DNA from: Mobula hypostoma
Taxonomy: Eukaryota
NCBI RefSeq assembly: GCF_963921235.1
Contig: NC_086108.1
Span: forward strand, 63,242,001-63,306,000
Length of the DNA stretch: 64,000 bases
Reading direction: 5' to 3'
In this document: positions 37,488 through 51,424 of the stretch, piece after piece
Numbering within the stretch: position 1 is the first letter of the stretch
Layout of the letters: every line of letters starts with the position of its first letter
Translations under genes and position numbers: made by a program
The notes under the pieces: model-generated
The model's database searches: none
What the model saw: the letters and a program-made list of their open reading frames with translations, nothing else
What the model was told of the DNA's origin: nothing

Positions 37488-40439
37488 TCTTTCTTTTTAA
37501 ATCTTTTTATTGAATAGGTATACAAAAAGGTAAGCCATATAAGCACTAATACACTGTTAGAATATAATAAAGTTACAGGAGATATTAATACAAAAAAAAT
37601 GATACAAACAATGTAATTTAAACATAACATACTAAGATAACATAGTAGTATACTAATTTATATATATATCAATAGAGAAAAAGAAAAAAAAACCCATCGT
37701 GCGACTAACTAAAAGCAAAGCAAAGCAATGGGCTAACTTGGGACCAAGCAGAGTTAAAAAAAACTTAAAATCACGTCCTCAATCCCGACCTCCATTAAAA
37801 ACAGTAAAAAAAACAAGAAGGGTATATAAATATGGAGCAAAAAAAAGAAGAGAAAAAAAAATTACATTAAATGAAAATATTGAATAAAAGATCTCCAGGT
37901 CTGTTCAAATTTAAGTGAGGAATCATAAAGATTGCGTCTAAATTTTCTCCAAATTCAAGCATAATATCGTCTGAGAAAACCAAAAAAAGGTAGTTGGAGC
38001 ATTAAGCTCTTTCCAATGTTGTAAGATACATCTTTTCGCCATTAAAGTAAGAAATGCAATCGTTCTACGGGCTGAAGGAGAAAGATTACTGGAAATTTTA
38101 GGTAGTCCAAAGATAGCAGTAATAGGGTGAGGAGCGATATCTATATTCAATACGTTGGAGATAATATTAAAAATGTCTCTCCAAAAAGTTTCCAGAGTAG
38201 GACCAGACCAAAACACATGAGTTAAAGAGGCTATCTGCCCTGGACATCTATCACAAAAAGGATTAACATGAGAATAAAAGCGAGCTAATTTATCTTTGGA
38301 CATATGTGCTCTATGAACAACTTTAAATTGAATTAGGGAATGTTTAGCACATATAGAGGAAGTATTGACTAATTGTAAAATCTGCCCCCAGTCATCCACG
38401 GAAATGATAGACCCCAATTCCTGTTCCCAATCTACCCTAATCTTATCAAATGGAGCTTTCCTAAGTTTCATAATAATATTATAAATCATAGCCGATGCAC
38501 CTTTCTGACATGGATTAAGGTTAATTATTGTATCTAAAATGTATGTAGGAGGAAGCATAGGAAAAGAAGAAAGTATAGTACTTAGGAAATTTCTAACTTG
38601 TAGATATCTAAAAAAATGTATTCTTGATAAATTATATTTATTAGATAATTGTTCAAAAGACATAAGGGAACCATCTAAAAATAAATCCAAAAACCGTGAA
38701 ATACCCTTAGTCTTCCAAATTTGAAAAGCACGATCCGTAAAAAAGGGAGGAAAAAATATATTACCTAAAATAGGAATCGCTAGCCCAAATTGGTTAAGAT
38801 CAAAAAATTTTCTGAATTGAAACCAAATACGTAAGGTATATTTAACTATCGGGTTAGATACCTGTTTGAGGCGTTTCAAATCAAAAGGAAGAGAGGAACC
38901 TAAAATAGAGCCAAGTGTATAACCCTGAACAGATTGTAATTCCAATGCTACCCATTTAGGAATAGATAGTATATCCTGGTCAAGTAACCAAAATTTCATA
39001 TGTTGAATATTAATTGCCCAATAATAGAATCTAAAGTTAGGTAATGCTAAACCTCCATCTCTCTTAGCTTTCTGTAAATGTATTTTACCCAGCCTCGAGT
39101 TTTTATTTTGCCAAATAAATGAAGAGATTTTTGAGTCAACTTTATCAAAAAAAGATTTTGGGACAAAGATTGGTAATGCCTGAAATATATATAGAAATTT
39201 TGGCAAAAAAAACATCTTAACTGCATTAATACGACCAATCAAAGTTAAATATAAAGGAAACCATTTAGATGAAAGTTGAATAATATGATCAATTAAGGGT
39301 AAAAAGTTAATCTTAAATAAATCTTTGTATTTACAAGTAATTTTAATCCCAAGATATGAAAAATAATTATTAATCAATTTAAATGGAAAGTTATGATATA
39401 AGGGAAGTTGTTTATTAATCGGGAAAAGTTCACTCTTATTAAGATTTAATTTATAACCTGAAAAGAGACTAAATTGTGCTAATAACTCTAAAACAGCAGG
39501 GATGGATTTTTGAGGATTAGAAATACATAAAAGTAAGTCATCAGCATAGAGTGATATTTTATGGGATTTTAAGCCCCGAGTTATCCCAGTAATATTTGGA
39601 GATCCTCGAATGGCAATTGCAAGAGGTTCTAATGCAATATCAAATAATAAAGGACTAAGAGGACAACCTTGTCGAGTACCTCGAAAAAGAGGAAAAAAAG
39701 ATGAACTTAGAGAGTTAGTACAGACCAAGGCCACAGGAGAATGATATAACAGTTTGATCCAGGATATAAATTTCGAGCTAAAATTAAACATTTCAAGCAC
39801 CTTAAATAAGTAAGGCCATTCTACTCTATCAAAAGCTTTCTCAGCATCTAAAGAGATAACACATTCAGGAACATTTTGTGAGGGGGTATAAACAATATTT
39901 AACAGTGTGCGAATGTTATAAAAAGAGTAACTACCTTTAATAAAACCCGTTTGGTCTTCCGAAATAATAAAAGGAAGTACTTTTTCTAATCTGTTTGCTA
40001 ATAATTTAGAAAACACTTTAGAATCAACATTTAATAAAGATATTGGTCTATAAGATGCACATTGAACAGGATCTTTATCCTTCTTTAATATTAGAGAAAT
40101 TGACGCTCTATTGAAAGATTCGGGAAGTTTACCAAGTTTTAATGAAGCCTCAAAAACCCTACAGAACCAAGGGATTAATGAAGGTGCAAAACATTTATAA
40201 AATTCTACGGTAAACCCATCAGGGCCAGGAGCTTTCCCCAAATTCATAGAGGAAATAACATTCTTAATCTCATCAGTGGTAATGGGAGTATCTAGCATAG
40301 AAGACATATCCTGTGAAATCTCAGGGAAATCTAGGTTATCTTAAAAATCATTCATATATTTAGAGTCTCGAGGAGACTCTGATTAATATAAGGAAGAATA
40401 AAAATCACAGAAGGTTTGATTAATCCCCGCATGATCAAA
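37488..40439 (-). mobile_element. 5'-truncated L1-clade LINE with an intact RT domain
   Basis: 789-aa ORF with GKAPGPDGF, YRPISLLN, LDAEKAFD, GTRQGCPLSP and LYADD. A-rich tail. 12-bp TSD GGATGGATACTT (37476-37487 and 40440-40451). Inserted in an old CR1 3' remnant. Confidence 0.95.
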
Positions 40440-41145
40440 GGATGGATACTTAAAGAGCCATTACCTACAAGGCTATGGGCCAAGAGCTGAGAAGTAGAAT
40501 GAGCCAAAAGTTCAATGTTGGCCTCCCTCGGCACATTGCACCAATTTGCCTCTTTGTCTGTAAATATCTATGATACTTTTGTAGAAACTAGAAACAGTCT
40601 GTTGTTAGAAATCTCAGAACCAGCAACCAAATTCATTGCAGCTACTGTTTTAGAAAGTATATGGATCTCTGTCCAAAAAAGAGCACTAATAATGTTTTCT
40701 GTTGGACTGTTTGAAAAGATTTAGTATGTGGAATGTGTCATTTTTTTAATCAAAATGACTAATGTCTTCATGATGTAAATAGTCAAGACAAGGAAACCTT
40801 TTGATCAAGTTTGTTCTTGTTTGATATGAAAGAATTTTGGAACGATTGCTGAAAGCATGACTTCTGATGCTTCTTGGTGGATTGACACCCAACCTGCTTA
40901 ACCTGTCCTTCAATGCTTTTCAAATATTTTCTATGTTCTTACCATTCTACACCCCTGTGATATCCTTCAGCCTTTCAAACATTTCAGATATCTAAGATAT
41001 GATTTTACTCACTTTGGTATGCTTTCAGCTATCAGCTACATTAGCTATAAATTCCAAAATTAATATTTTCAGATTTCATATTTTCTTATTTTCATTTTGA
41101 TGTCAAAGGGAGCTATTTGGTCCATTGAGTCTATGCAGACTCTTA

Positions 41146-41645
41146 AGGATGATTTATACTTCTGCGTCAGCTCGACGCCGTAACCTATGCAAGTGACCTA
41201 CGCACGTTGTGAGCACATATACTTGTGCATTGGTGTGTCTGTGTCGCTCTGCAATTCGCGCACGTGACGCATGCGCACACACCTGCCCGTGCAAGGCTTC
41301 GTGGTCATGGTAGTCTTACTCGGGGTAAACAAGAAGCGAGCGTCGTTTTTTGTAAAAGCAAAATGTGTCCTCCATAAATTCAGAGGTCTGTAAAGCTTTA
41401 TGGAAAGCATTGCAACCAGAGTTCCTTCCCTGCCCTTCAGTTGCCAAATGGGAAGCTATTGCAGCGTAGGAGGAAAAATGATGCTACAAAGCGGACCAAT
41501 CACAGCTGTTGCAGTCTGCGTTGTCGCAACACGTAGTTACATTTTGGGAGAGGTGTGTGTCAGGCTATGGCATAGGGACCCGCGTAGGGTTCGCGGCTAC
41601 ACCGTACCTACGGCGTCGAGTTGACGCAGAAGTATAAATCAGCCT
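41146..41645. mobile_element. PIF/Harbinger-type MITE
   Basis: About 36-bp TIRs AGG(A/C)TGATTTATACTTCTGCGTCA.CTCGACGCCGTA; TTA TSD on both sides. Confidence 0.88.
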
Positions 41646-43356
41646 TTAGAGCAATCCCATAATTTAACCTATTCTCTTTCACATGTGCATGACCTCATGC
41701 CACCTCCTTCCCATTCTCATTCCAGCAACCTACACCAAGGGCAGTTTACAACAGTCAATTGTCCTACCTGCCTGCATGTCTTTGAGACATGGGAGGAAAC
41801 CAAAATACTCAGGGGAAACCTATAAAATCACATTCTCTCAATGTGTCTCAATGAGTTAGAGTTGCTCCTTAAAAAGGGATATCACTGATTAAGCTTTAAT
41901 CATTTGTCATAATTGTTTTTTTTTGGCTCATCGTCTGAACTTGTTTGATAACCATCTGGTGAAGTACCTTTTGGTTGTTTGCTGTGTAAAAGGTACAACT
42001 GATATCAATGTTGCTTTTACAATCAAAAATCAAAACATTGTCTACCTCAAAAATAAAATGGAGAAGAAGGTGATTATTTTTATTCTCTTGTACAGTTTCA
42101 GACCATTTCCATCTGTTCTGAGTTTACAGCTCAGAGCCAAGACCAATCCATGAAGTAAAGTTTCCCTCATTTGACGCATAAACCATATTCAGAATGTTCC
42201 AATGAAGTACGCAAATGAGTAATAGATATTAGTATTGCTTTTTTAAAACAAGTGTGCAACTCAAGTAGTTGATAATTCATTTCTGTTTAATGTAAAAATA
42301 ACAATAAGAAGTTAAAACCAAGCTTGTGGCTTATAAGCAAATTTTTCTACTATCCCATTGGTATTGGTGAAGTTTCACATCAGACAGTATGGGGATTTTT
42401 GCATTATCAACTCTTTGAATCATTTATGGATTATGGGCATTTCTGGAAAACCCACTTTTCACTGCCCTGGTGAGGATGCTGTAGCTAGTAAGCTGCAACC
42501 TCACACCAACCTGATCCATGCACTAACGGCAGTATTGAATAGGGGGTCAGACTTATTATGTACTTAAGTGATTTAGCATACAGGGGGTGTCATGCAACAT
42601 AATAGAGAATATTGTCAGGGTGAAGACAGAACTTCATCAAAGTTATCTTATTCTCTCCAGTCTTTCTCTCTGCGTAATCTAGTCTCTACAGTATATACCT
42701 CTATTAGTAGTGATGCTATGGCTCTGTGTATAATGGCACATTGAAGAGTTTCTGAGCCAGGTACCACAAAGTAAGTTCCCAAGAATGAAGCATATTCAGG
42801 CCATTGTGTTTATAGACTGCAGATTATCTTTCTAAATAAAATTAGTGAGCCACATGATTTTTTGGGAAAAGTGCAGTTGTCACACAGTCAGTAGCTCCTT
42901 AATTCTTAAATTAGTTATTTGTTCTTAGGCACTATTGTGGAATTGGAATTTGAATTTGTGTCTTCGATTTAATGCTTTTAGTTATGAGTACGGTGACAAC
43001 CTTCATGCTAATGTGTAAATGATGAGTTCATAAATCCTAAAAATGTCAAATGAACTTGTTACTCTGAACTTGTTTTCTATTCTTCGTTGAAGGAAGGTAA
43101 ATGATATAAATTCCCATTCCCAAAATGTTATAAATGTCCCATTCTCATTCTAACATGTTAGTACATGGCCTCCTCTACTGCTGTGATGAGGCCCTCTCAG
43201 GCTAGAGGAGCAACACTTCATTTTCTGTCTGTAGCCTTGTACCTGATGGCATGAACATGGATCTCTCCCCCTCCCCCTTCTCTCCTTTCTCCATTCCCTA
43301 TTTTGTTTCCCCTCTCACTTGTTAATTAAATCATTACTCACTTGTATTTCAGTTGT

Positions 43357-44656
43357 CAGACATCCCACCCTGCAAAAACTCATTTCAGGGAGGTAGCACC
43401 CCCCCCCCCCCGGCCCGTCGACCTCCAGGGGTGTATGTAATACTTTGTTTAGTGATTTTCTCTAATCTGTAAACCAAGTTGGGTACATGCAGAAAATGTG
43501 ACATTAAAATATGTGCTTATATTATATTATTACGTTTATTCTGTTACAACTTTAAGCAAGTCTACAGGGAGTTTGGCCTCGTCACGTAGGACATCAATAG
43601 CGTAGCCCCTTAGCAGTCAGCCAGCTAGTTTAAATAACGTTAGCTACGCTAATGAACGAATGACATCTGTTAAACTCACCTCAACACGTCTTTTACGTTT
43701 TAACCCACCATGGGCAATAAAAAAGTCACTGTTGCAAACAGTGCAGCGAGCAACACTGTCATTATTTTTGAGGTCGACTGTAAAGCCCGCCCACAGAGAA
43801 AACTGATAGGTCTACTTAGCAGGGGTCCGCAATCGTTTTTGCACCGCAGACCGGTTTAATATTGACAATATTCTTGCGGACCGGGGATGGGGGGGGGTGG
43901 GGGGGTTAATCACGACCGGAATATAGGTGATAAGTCAATAGTATCATAACATTTTAAGTAACATTTGTATATTAAACACACAGCGCATATTTTCCCCGTA
44001 TGAACATATAAAAACATTGCAACATACCAATATCGCTGAATCAGTGGGAGCCCTGGGCTTGTTTCCCTGCAACAAGACGGTCTCATCGAGGGGTGATGGG
44101 AGACAGCAATACTCGAAGGGGGTTCCTTATGTCTAGTCTATTCCGCAATTTAGTTTTCGTTGCATTCATTGCAGAAAACTCCGCTTCGCAGCGATATGAT
44201 GTTTGAAATGGAAGCAACGTTTTCAGTGCTTTCGTGGCTATCTCAGGATATTTAGCCTTGACTTTGATCCAGAATGCCAGCAGAGATGTTATGTCAAACA
44301 AACTTTTCAGCCTGCTGTCATTTACAAGCTCGAGGAGTTGATCTTCTACCCGCGCTGACATGGATGACATGCGTGTAATGATCTTGCGTGCGTTCAAGTT
44401 CAACAGTGTGTGACAGGGAATGAGGAAAGGTGCAGATGACTCATATCGTTACATATCGCCAAATCGTATTGTTTCCTCATGGCCTGGTGGTTGGAGACCA
44501 CTCTTAGCATGAAGAGAGACCAATCAAAATGCTCGCTCTCCCTCTCCCTCTCAAAAAGATCTATTTCCGGGATATTGTATATAATTTCCGGGCGTCAGGG
44601 AGCCACTATTGATATGTGGGAGACTCCCGGATCTTCCGGGAGAGGTGGGATGTCTG
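43357..44656. mobile_element. Non-autonomous TIR element (probably hAT-related) with a 6-bp TSD, hosting a nested hAT
   Basis: 13-bp perfect TIR CAGACATCCCACC/GGTGGGATGTCTG; TSD AGTTGT (43351-43356 and 44657-44662); subterminal CCGGG motifs. Confidence 0.8.
43820..44502 (-). mobile_element. hAT-Charlie-type deletion derivative with the C-terminal dimerisation domain
   Basis: Termini CAGGGGTCC..AA and TTGGAGACCACT. ORF 44083-44403 FWIKVKAKYPEIATKALKTLLPF.TSYRCEAEFS..KTKLRNRL. Confidence 0.85.
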
Positions 44657-45397
44657 AGTTGTCGAGATTTTTCAATGATATGTTCATCAACTTTCGGTAT
44701 GGATCACTCAGTTTCTTTGAACTTCCTTGTGCATTGAGACAGTTTTCTCTCCCATTTAGATATAGCATGGATGATTTTATGATTGTCAAATTTAACATAT
44801 ATTTGTTATAGTTCACATATTCACTTAATTTATTACATGTACTTTGTATGGGATGTTCATTTCTCAGTATTAGCTGTGGCTCACTTCATGAAATATAGTA
44901 TACACTTCAGAATTAAACATTTCTGAATTAAATTCACACTCCAAAAACATGAGCACAAGAATGTATTTCTTTGGAATAGCAAGGAAGTGTTGGATTGTTG
45001 GAGGGTCTGTTTCAGATGAGAAGCTGAATTAAAGCCCAAATTCTCTCTCATGGAGATCAAGGCTCAAAGATGATGGCACTACTTTAAAAAGTAATGGGAA
45101 AGAGAGATGAATATCTATAGAGCTTATTTCTAATTCAACACGTGCCTGCCAAAGGTGCAGGGGGGAAGCAAAGGATGAAAGTTTGTGGACAGATCTATTT
45201 AACTGATTAGCCTGATTCATTTAAAAGTTTCTTGCAGCTTTTTCTTGCAAGTCCATATATTGTTCAAGTCCCAATTAAAATTTTATGTGGACATCAATAA
45301 ATTTTCCAACAAATTAAGAAATCTTACAAATTTACACCAAATAAAGCACTTTTGGACAATTTGATGTGTGAAAGGTGTTCTGGAAAGGCTTTCATCA

Positions 45398-46621
45398 TCT
45401 ATATACTACTAAAACTCTCATACTCTGTCTGTTTGTGGCCTCCAATTAGTGCAAACGGTGCCCTACAGTGGCACATTTTTTGGCTAAATCAAATTAAAAT
45501 GTGCTAACTTACAGAATGCAGGCAAAGTTCAGGGTTATATATTCATATAAAATTGCTCATTCGCCAAAAATCAACAGCTCGCTTTCACCCGAAACCTGAT
45601 CAGCCATCATGGAAATTGGGACACGACAGCCCAATGCATGCGCACGGCGAGCCTCTGCAGCGACACCTACTGGAGCAAAAGGACGGGGCAGCTCTATTTC
45701 AAAGGGTCACATTCTGCTAACTACCACCATCAGCATGTGCAGGATTGGGACAGATCTAACTGCCACCCATCAATAAGAGATAATTATTGTAATGACGTAC
45801 TTCGAGACACCCATAAAACTCTTTGCTGCAGTCAAAGGACAGCGGTGACTATATCACGTCCATTTAGGAGAGCGCCAACCACATCATTAAGAATAATCTG
45901 CGTCCTTTGGTGTTAGTGCTTCGTATCTTCCATCCAGCATTAGGGTAAAAAAAAAATGGTCAGCCTAATTATGCCGCGTGGAAAGGGAAGGGGGACATTA
46001 TTGTCAAGAGATGATGCCAAACGCTGTTGGGAAGCGGCAAGGAGAGGGAGAGAACAAGAATCGGATGAGGCCAGGGCTGCATGACTCCAGAATCAAAGAG
46101 TCAGGACAAAAAAGAAATGAGAGAAGAAGAGACAGAGGAGGAGAGGTGTGCACATCTCCAGGATCAGAGACAAATAACAAACAGCAGAATAGCTGAAGAG
46201 ATGGGGGATGAAAGGGCTGCACGTCTCCAGAATATCAAAAACAGGCACAGAAGGAGGAGAGAGGAAGAGACAAAGGAGCTGAGAAATGCATGTCTCCAGG
46301 ATCAGAGACAAAGAACAAACAGCAGAAGAGGTGAACAGACAGGGGATGAAAGGACTGCACATTTCCAGAATGACAATGAGAGGCACGAGGGTGGCAGATA
46401 AACCAGAAATGATGCCATCAAAAGTGTCCTTCATTAAACGAGGAGGAGCTATATTTGCTTTGCTACGCGTCATTCTTCTTTAATAAACAGGTTTTCTACT
46501 TCAGTTTCCAAAGCAAAGGGATACCAATAGTATTCAGGAAAATTTAATGTTCATTCTGGTCACATCACACTGCACTACCCTTCTCTCAAAGGGTGCCCCA
46601 ACGGGTCACCCCATTGTCTAG
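45398..46621 (+). mobile_element. Non-autonomous Helitron
   Basis: A|TC 5' end, subterminal hairpin GGGTGCCC-caac-GGGTCACCC (46591-46611), CTAG|T 3' end, no TSD. Internal decayed ORF starting at 45971. Confidence 0.88.
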
Positions 46622-47858
46622 TTTCTAATAGAAACTGGAAGCATGCATATTACACTTCTGTGGGTGTATCATCATCATTTTGAGTTCCTGAAAGATATAT
46701 AAACTGGCGCACCAGAGACAAAGAAGTATACCGTGACTGTCACTGTGGCATCAAAATATTTGGCAGATTTACAGAGCTGTGGTTCTCTTTGTAAGGTCGT
46801 ATATTATATAAGTTAGATATTTAGATTCTCAATAGTGTTAATCTCCTCCCAGGAAATTTACACCAGGCTGATGGAAAAGTAGCTTTGTTTTGCTTCCTTA
46901 GTTTGTTGTCTAAAACAATCCATGCATAGATCTTATTACACTAATCAAATAGTCTATTCAGTCATACTACAACATCATGGATCCTGTTTTCAGACCTGCA
47001 ACTGAATACCATACGTACAGGCTCACTATCTTTCTATAATGAACGATCTGATAGAATGACTTTACTGTTATGAGTTGTTAGTCACGTGGGAATTTAGTAT
47101 TTATCTCAACGCATGTGTGTGTTTTTAAAGTATAATTCAATTTCTTTAATGTTAATTGATCTATATAAATCTATAGACAAGCACAAAGCATATAAGCTTT
47201 TGAGTAATCCGGAAACCTCATCATACATTTTACTTTTATATCATACCATCTGCGCATCAAAAACATGCTCTACAATGTATAATCAATGTTTCAGCAAATA
47301 TCTAATACTGCTGGTTAAAGATGATGATATTTTGAAAGGAGCGTAATAAAAATTGTTCAGTGAAGTAACAATAGTTCAAAAATAACTAAGCAACTTGTTT
47401 GAATATCCAAGAAATTTCAGATGTTGGAAATCTGAAATAAAACAAGAAAATATTGGAAAAAAGCTCAAGCAGCAGCTGTGCAAAATCCAGAGTTAACATT
47501 TCAGGTTCAATTTTTTTTAAGGATTCTGAAGAAATATCTGGAAATAAAATGTTAAGATACTTCCTTTCTCTATAGGTGGAACTTCAGATCAACATTTTCT
47601 GTTTTTAAAATCAATTTAGATGATTACATTGATCCATCTATTTATTCAGTAAGTCAAACAGCAGGGGTTGTTCATCATAAGTAATTTGCCTTAGTTCTAC
47701 AATAATTAAGTAAATCTTTAATTAGCCAAAACTATTTTTGTTTAATTTCCTTGAATCAAGATTTTCATTTGAAAGTGTTTATCTCTCAGTCCCTCTCTTT
47801 CTATGTCTATATGATTTTTATTTAAGGGTGGACATAAACTTATCATGGTAGAAATTAT

Positions 47859-48095
47859 GCAAACACAAGCAAATCTGCAGATGCTGGAATTCCAAGCAAC
47901 ACACATCAAAGTTGCTAGTGAATGCAGCAAGCCAGGCAGCAACTCTAGGAAGAGGTACAGTCGACGTTTTGGGCCGAGACCCTTCATCAGGACTAACCTT
48001 CGTTAGTCTCGGGTCTTAGCCCGAAACGTCAACTGTACCTCTTTCTAGAGTTGCTGCCTGGCCTACTGCGTTCACCAGCAACTTTATGTGTGTTG
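47859..48095. mobile_element. Miniature Penelope-like fold-back insertion
   Basis: 15-bp TSD CATGGTAGAAATTAT (47844-47858 and 48096-48110); inverted pLTR ends. Confidence 0.85.
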
Positions 48096-48524
48096 CATGG
48101 TAGAAATTATCTTGGAATTAAACATCTTTCTCTCATTAGTTTGTTTCCTGTTCTTTCATCAGTTCAAAGCAGCCCTTTTTTATTGTCCATTATTTTGTTT
48201 AATTTTGGTTCTGCCTCTCTTTCATTCTTAGGAGTTTTTCATCATGAATCCTGTTTTCACTTAAGAATACTGTGTGAAGGACTGGCAGTTTAAGCCAGTT
48301 CATAATGGGGAAGAAATGAGGCAATTTAATTTGCTAATTTTGGTACTGGGGAGTCTAAAGTGAATGACAGGTTTTAAAGTGCTATGAAATTTCTATAATT
48401 TTTTTTAATGAGGAAATGTAAGTAACACAACAATCCATGTGATTTCTTATCCTGCAAAAATAAATTCTATCACTTTAAAATTGGTATAAAAATAATACTA
48501 ATAGATTTCTAAATATATTAGAAA

Positions 48525-48970
48525 TTAAAGACCATACAATACATGAGCAGAATTATCTCATTTGGTCCATTGCGTTTGTTCTGCCATTTGATCATGGCTG
48601 ATTTATTTTCCTCCTCAAACTCAATCTCCTGCCTTACCCCGTAACCTTTGAAGTTCTTACTAATCAAGAACTTATCAACTTTTGCTGTAAATATACCCAA
48701 TGACTTGGCCTTCACTGCCATCTGTGGCAATGAATTTCACACATTGACCACTCCCAGCTAAAGAAATTGCTATTCATGTTATGTTCTAAAATGATGTCTT
48801 TTTATTAGGCTGTACTCTCTAGTCCTTAGTTTTCCACTATTGGAAACATGCTTTCCACATCTACTCTATCTTGTCCTTAGAATATTTGGTAGGTTTTAAT
48901 GAGATCTCCCTTCATTCTTCTAAAATCCAGTGGGTGCAGGCCCAGAGCTATCAAACGCTCCTCATATGTC
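48525..48970 (-). mobile_element. CR1 3' fragment
   Basis: ORF piece PQMAVKAKSLGIFTAKVDKFLISK; typical CR1 3'UTR. Confidence 0.75.
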
Positions 48971-49321
48971 AAAGATTAGTGAGGATAAAACTAAAGTAAT
49001 ATTATTTAAGAGGTGTTAAAGAGCATGGTGGAGTGGGGGAGAAGTTTGAATTTTGATTTGTATCAAAGGAGGGCTTAATAGTTTCCATACTTCCTGTTAC
49101 TTTAGTATTAAATATCTCATAATATTTTCTGCTTCTCTGTCAGGTCTCCTCTTGAATCTAAATGTGACTAAGCATTTTACTGCTTTGAATACTCTAAAAG
49201 TTCATTTTGACTTAATCCTCCTGTTTCACACCTACCAACTTTTAACCATCTTGGAGAGAGATGAGAAGTTGCAAGAAAATCTAACAGAAAATGTATTTTA
49301 TTGAGTGGCTAAAGTGGATTA

Positions 49322-49620
49322 AAGGATGGCACAGTACATCAGCTGCTTCTCAGCTCCAATGACTCTTTACCTTTAGTGCTGTCTTTATGAAGCTTGCATG
49401 TTAACTCTGTGACTGTATGGGTTTTTCATGAAGCCTCCATTTTCTCTCCAAAGATGTGGGTTGGTAGATTAATTTTATTGACCATTATAGATTCCCTTTG
49501 CATGTAGGTGAGTGGTACTCGGGGAGCAGAGGTTAATATGGGCAGAATAAACTGGGATTACTATACATGGGTGAGTATGGATTTAGTGGACTGATAGGCC
49601 GGTTTCTGTTCTATATAGCT
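49322..49620 (+). mobile_element. Degenerate SINE (V-SINE/HE1-like)
   Basis: ggcacagt..gctgcttctcagctcc..gcttgcatgtt..gtgactgtatgggttt..aaagatgtg core; heavily decayed. Confidence 0.45.
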
Positions 49621-50415
49621 TTGTCTCTAGATTACAATTGATTACATACCATTTTTGGCATGGAACCCCTCTCATAAATGAATCAAGAAAAACAATTGAA
49701 GAAATTCTCTCATCAGAGCAGTGATTAAAAGCATATGTTGAACTTTGTATGATACACTATTTTAAAATACAAATTTCATAAGTCAGTTTAGATCTGGAAT
49801 GTATTGTTCCATCCAGAGTTTTGGATAAATATGACAAAAGTACAGGATCTTCCATAAGCCATGTTGTGCAGCTACCTATGATAATGAGAGGAAGTTAAAA
49901 GGAAGTGTACATTACCCTGAAACAAGGGCGGGTTTTTGCATATTTTCCTATGAAGGATTTAATGGCTGTGTAAAGCCCCAACCATCATTTGATTACTGTG
50001 AGGCAACCCAGTAATGACTTTATTCAGACTTCCCAAACCAGATATATGACTTGCATGATATATTTTTCACATTAATTGATCTTTGTATGGAGCTCGATAA
50101 ATATTCCTCTGGGTCCCATTTTTAAAGAAAGCTCACATAAGCGCTCAGCCATTATCCCTCACTTTATTTGCTTGTACTTCTGCCCCCGTTGTCAAATGCT
50201 GAGATGCCAGTGAGTGTACAAACTTGCAATCCTCTTCAGTTGGCAGTTGTGTCTTGCCAACACCATTGTTCTCAAACTGGACGTCTGCTTTCCAAAGCAC
50301 CTTGGGTTTCCCCATTTAAGCCGCATAATCTGTGCCACCTCTCCATCCAAGGATGAGAATACCTGAATTCCTAGGCAAGACATTTTAGTATTACAGATGT
50401 GTTTATTTAAACTTG

Positions 50416-50650
50416 TGAGGGCACGTGACCAAGTGGTTAAGGCATTGGACTAGTGACCTGAAGGTCGTGAGTTCGAGCCCCAGCCGAGGCAACATGTTGT
50501 GTCCTTGAGCAAGGCACTTTATCACACATTGCTCTGCGACGACACCGGTACCAAGCTGTATGGGTCCTAATGCCCTTCCCTGGAGAGTGAAGACTTTCCA
50601 GGCGCAAATCCATGGTCTTGCAAGACGAATGGATGCCTTTATTTATTTTA
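50416..50650 (+). mobile_element. tRNA-derived SINE
   Basis: A box TGACCAAGTGG, B box GTTCGAGCC, (TTTA)n tail, TSD TTATTTAAACTyG. Confidence 0.85.
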
Positions 50651-51338
50651 TTATTTAAACTCGAGTCAGGGATAATTATAGATTTAAATATTCCAGAATA
50701 GTTTAAATCAAACATTTAAACGATCCAACATTGGGATCGCTGAACAGCTATTAGTAACTAGAATAGTCATGATACGCACAGATCTGTAGCTTGTTGGTTG
50801 TAAACTCTGTATATTCAGCAATAAGGCTGCTGCTTCCTGGAGGTAATTTGATATGCATGATCAATTCCAACCAATGCTTGATGTTTTAGAATAATAAATA
50901 CTTGGGCACCAGACACAACTGAAGGATCAGATGACTTTTAAAGGAACAAAACCCAGGTGATTCCTGCAGTAAAAGTAGTAATATAATACTGGAGTTCAGG
51001 TAGCAGCTGTGCAAGTACTTATTGTTTGTTTGATTTATTCTTATCTACACCTGTAATTGAAAGAAATCTTGCTTAGCAACCAGTGTGATTCGGTTTCAAT
51101 AGAATAATGATACTTTATCATGTTATAAAAGAAAATCATGAAAAGAAACCATCATAAAATGTAAAAGAACACTATTGCCATAATTGTTCAAAGAAAATTT
51201 ATCTTTCTGACACTATAATAAATTGCCTATTAATTTACAATGGCTAATGGATGATATGTCCAATCATCATAATAGTGTCGACATTGTTGATCTCAATGGA
51301 TGTAATTTATACTTGGATTGTCAATGTTTCCTTCACAG

Positions 51339-51424
51339 CTACAGACGTTTAATGTTTCTTCAGCATGTGGAAGTATTCAGGATTTAATCAGTGGAACTAC
51401 CATGGCACAGGTTCTTAACCAAAT
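51339..51424 (+). CDS. HOOK1: Hook exon 2: LQTFNVSSACGSIQDLISGTTMAQVLNQI
   Basis: cttcacag|...AT|gtgagt; 86 nt; Hook-domain match. Confidence 0.92.

Noticed and set aside
50419..50490. tRNA gene
   Set aside because: Acceptor stem does not close properly; continues into a SINE body with tail and TSD.
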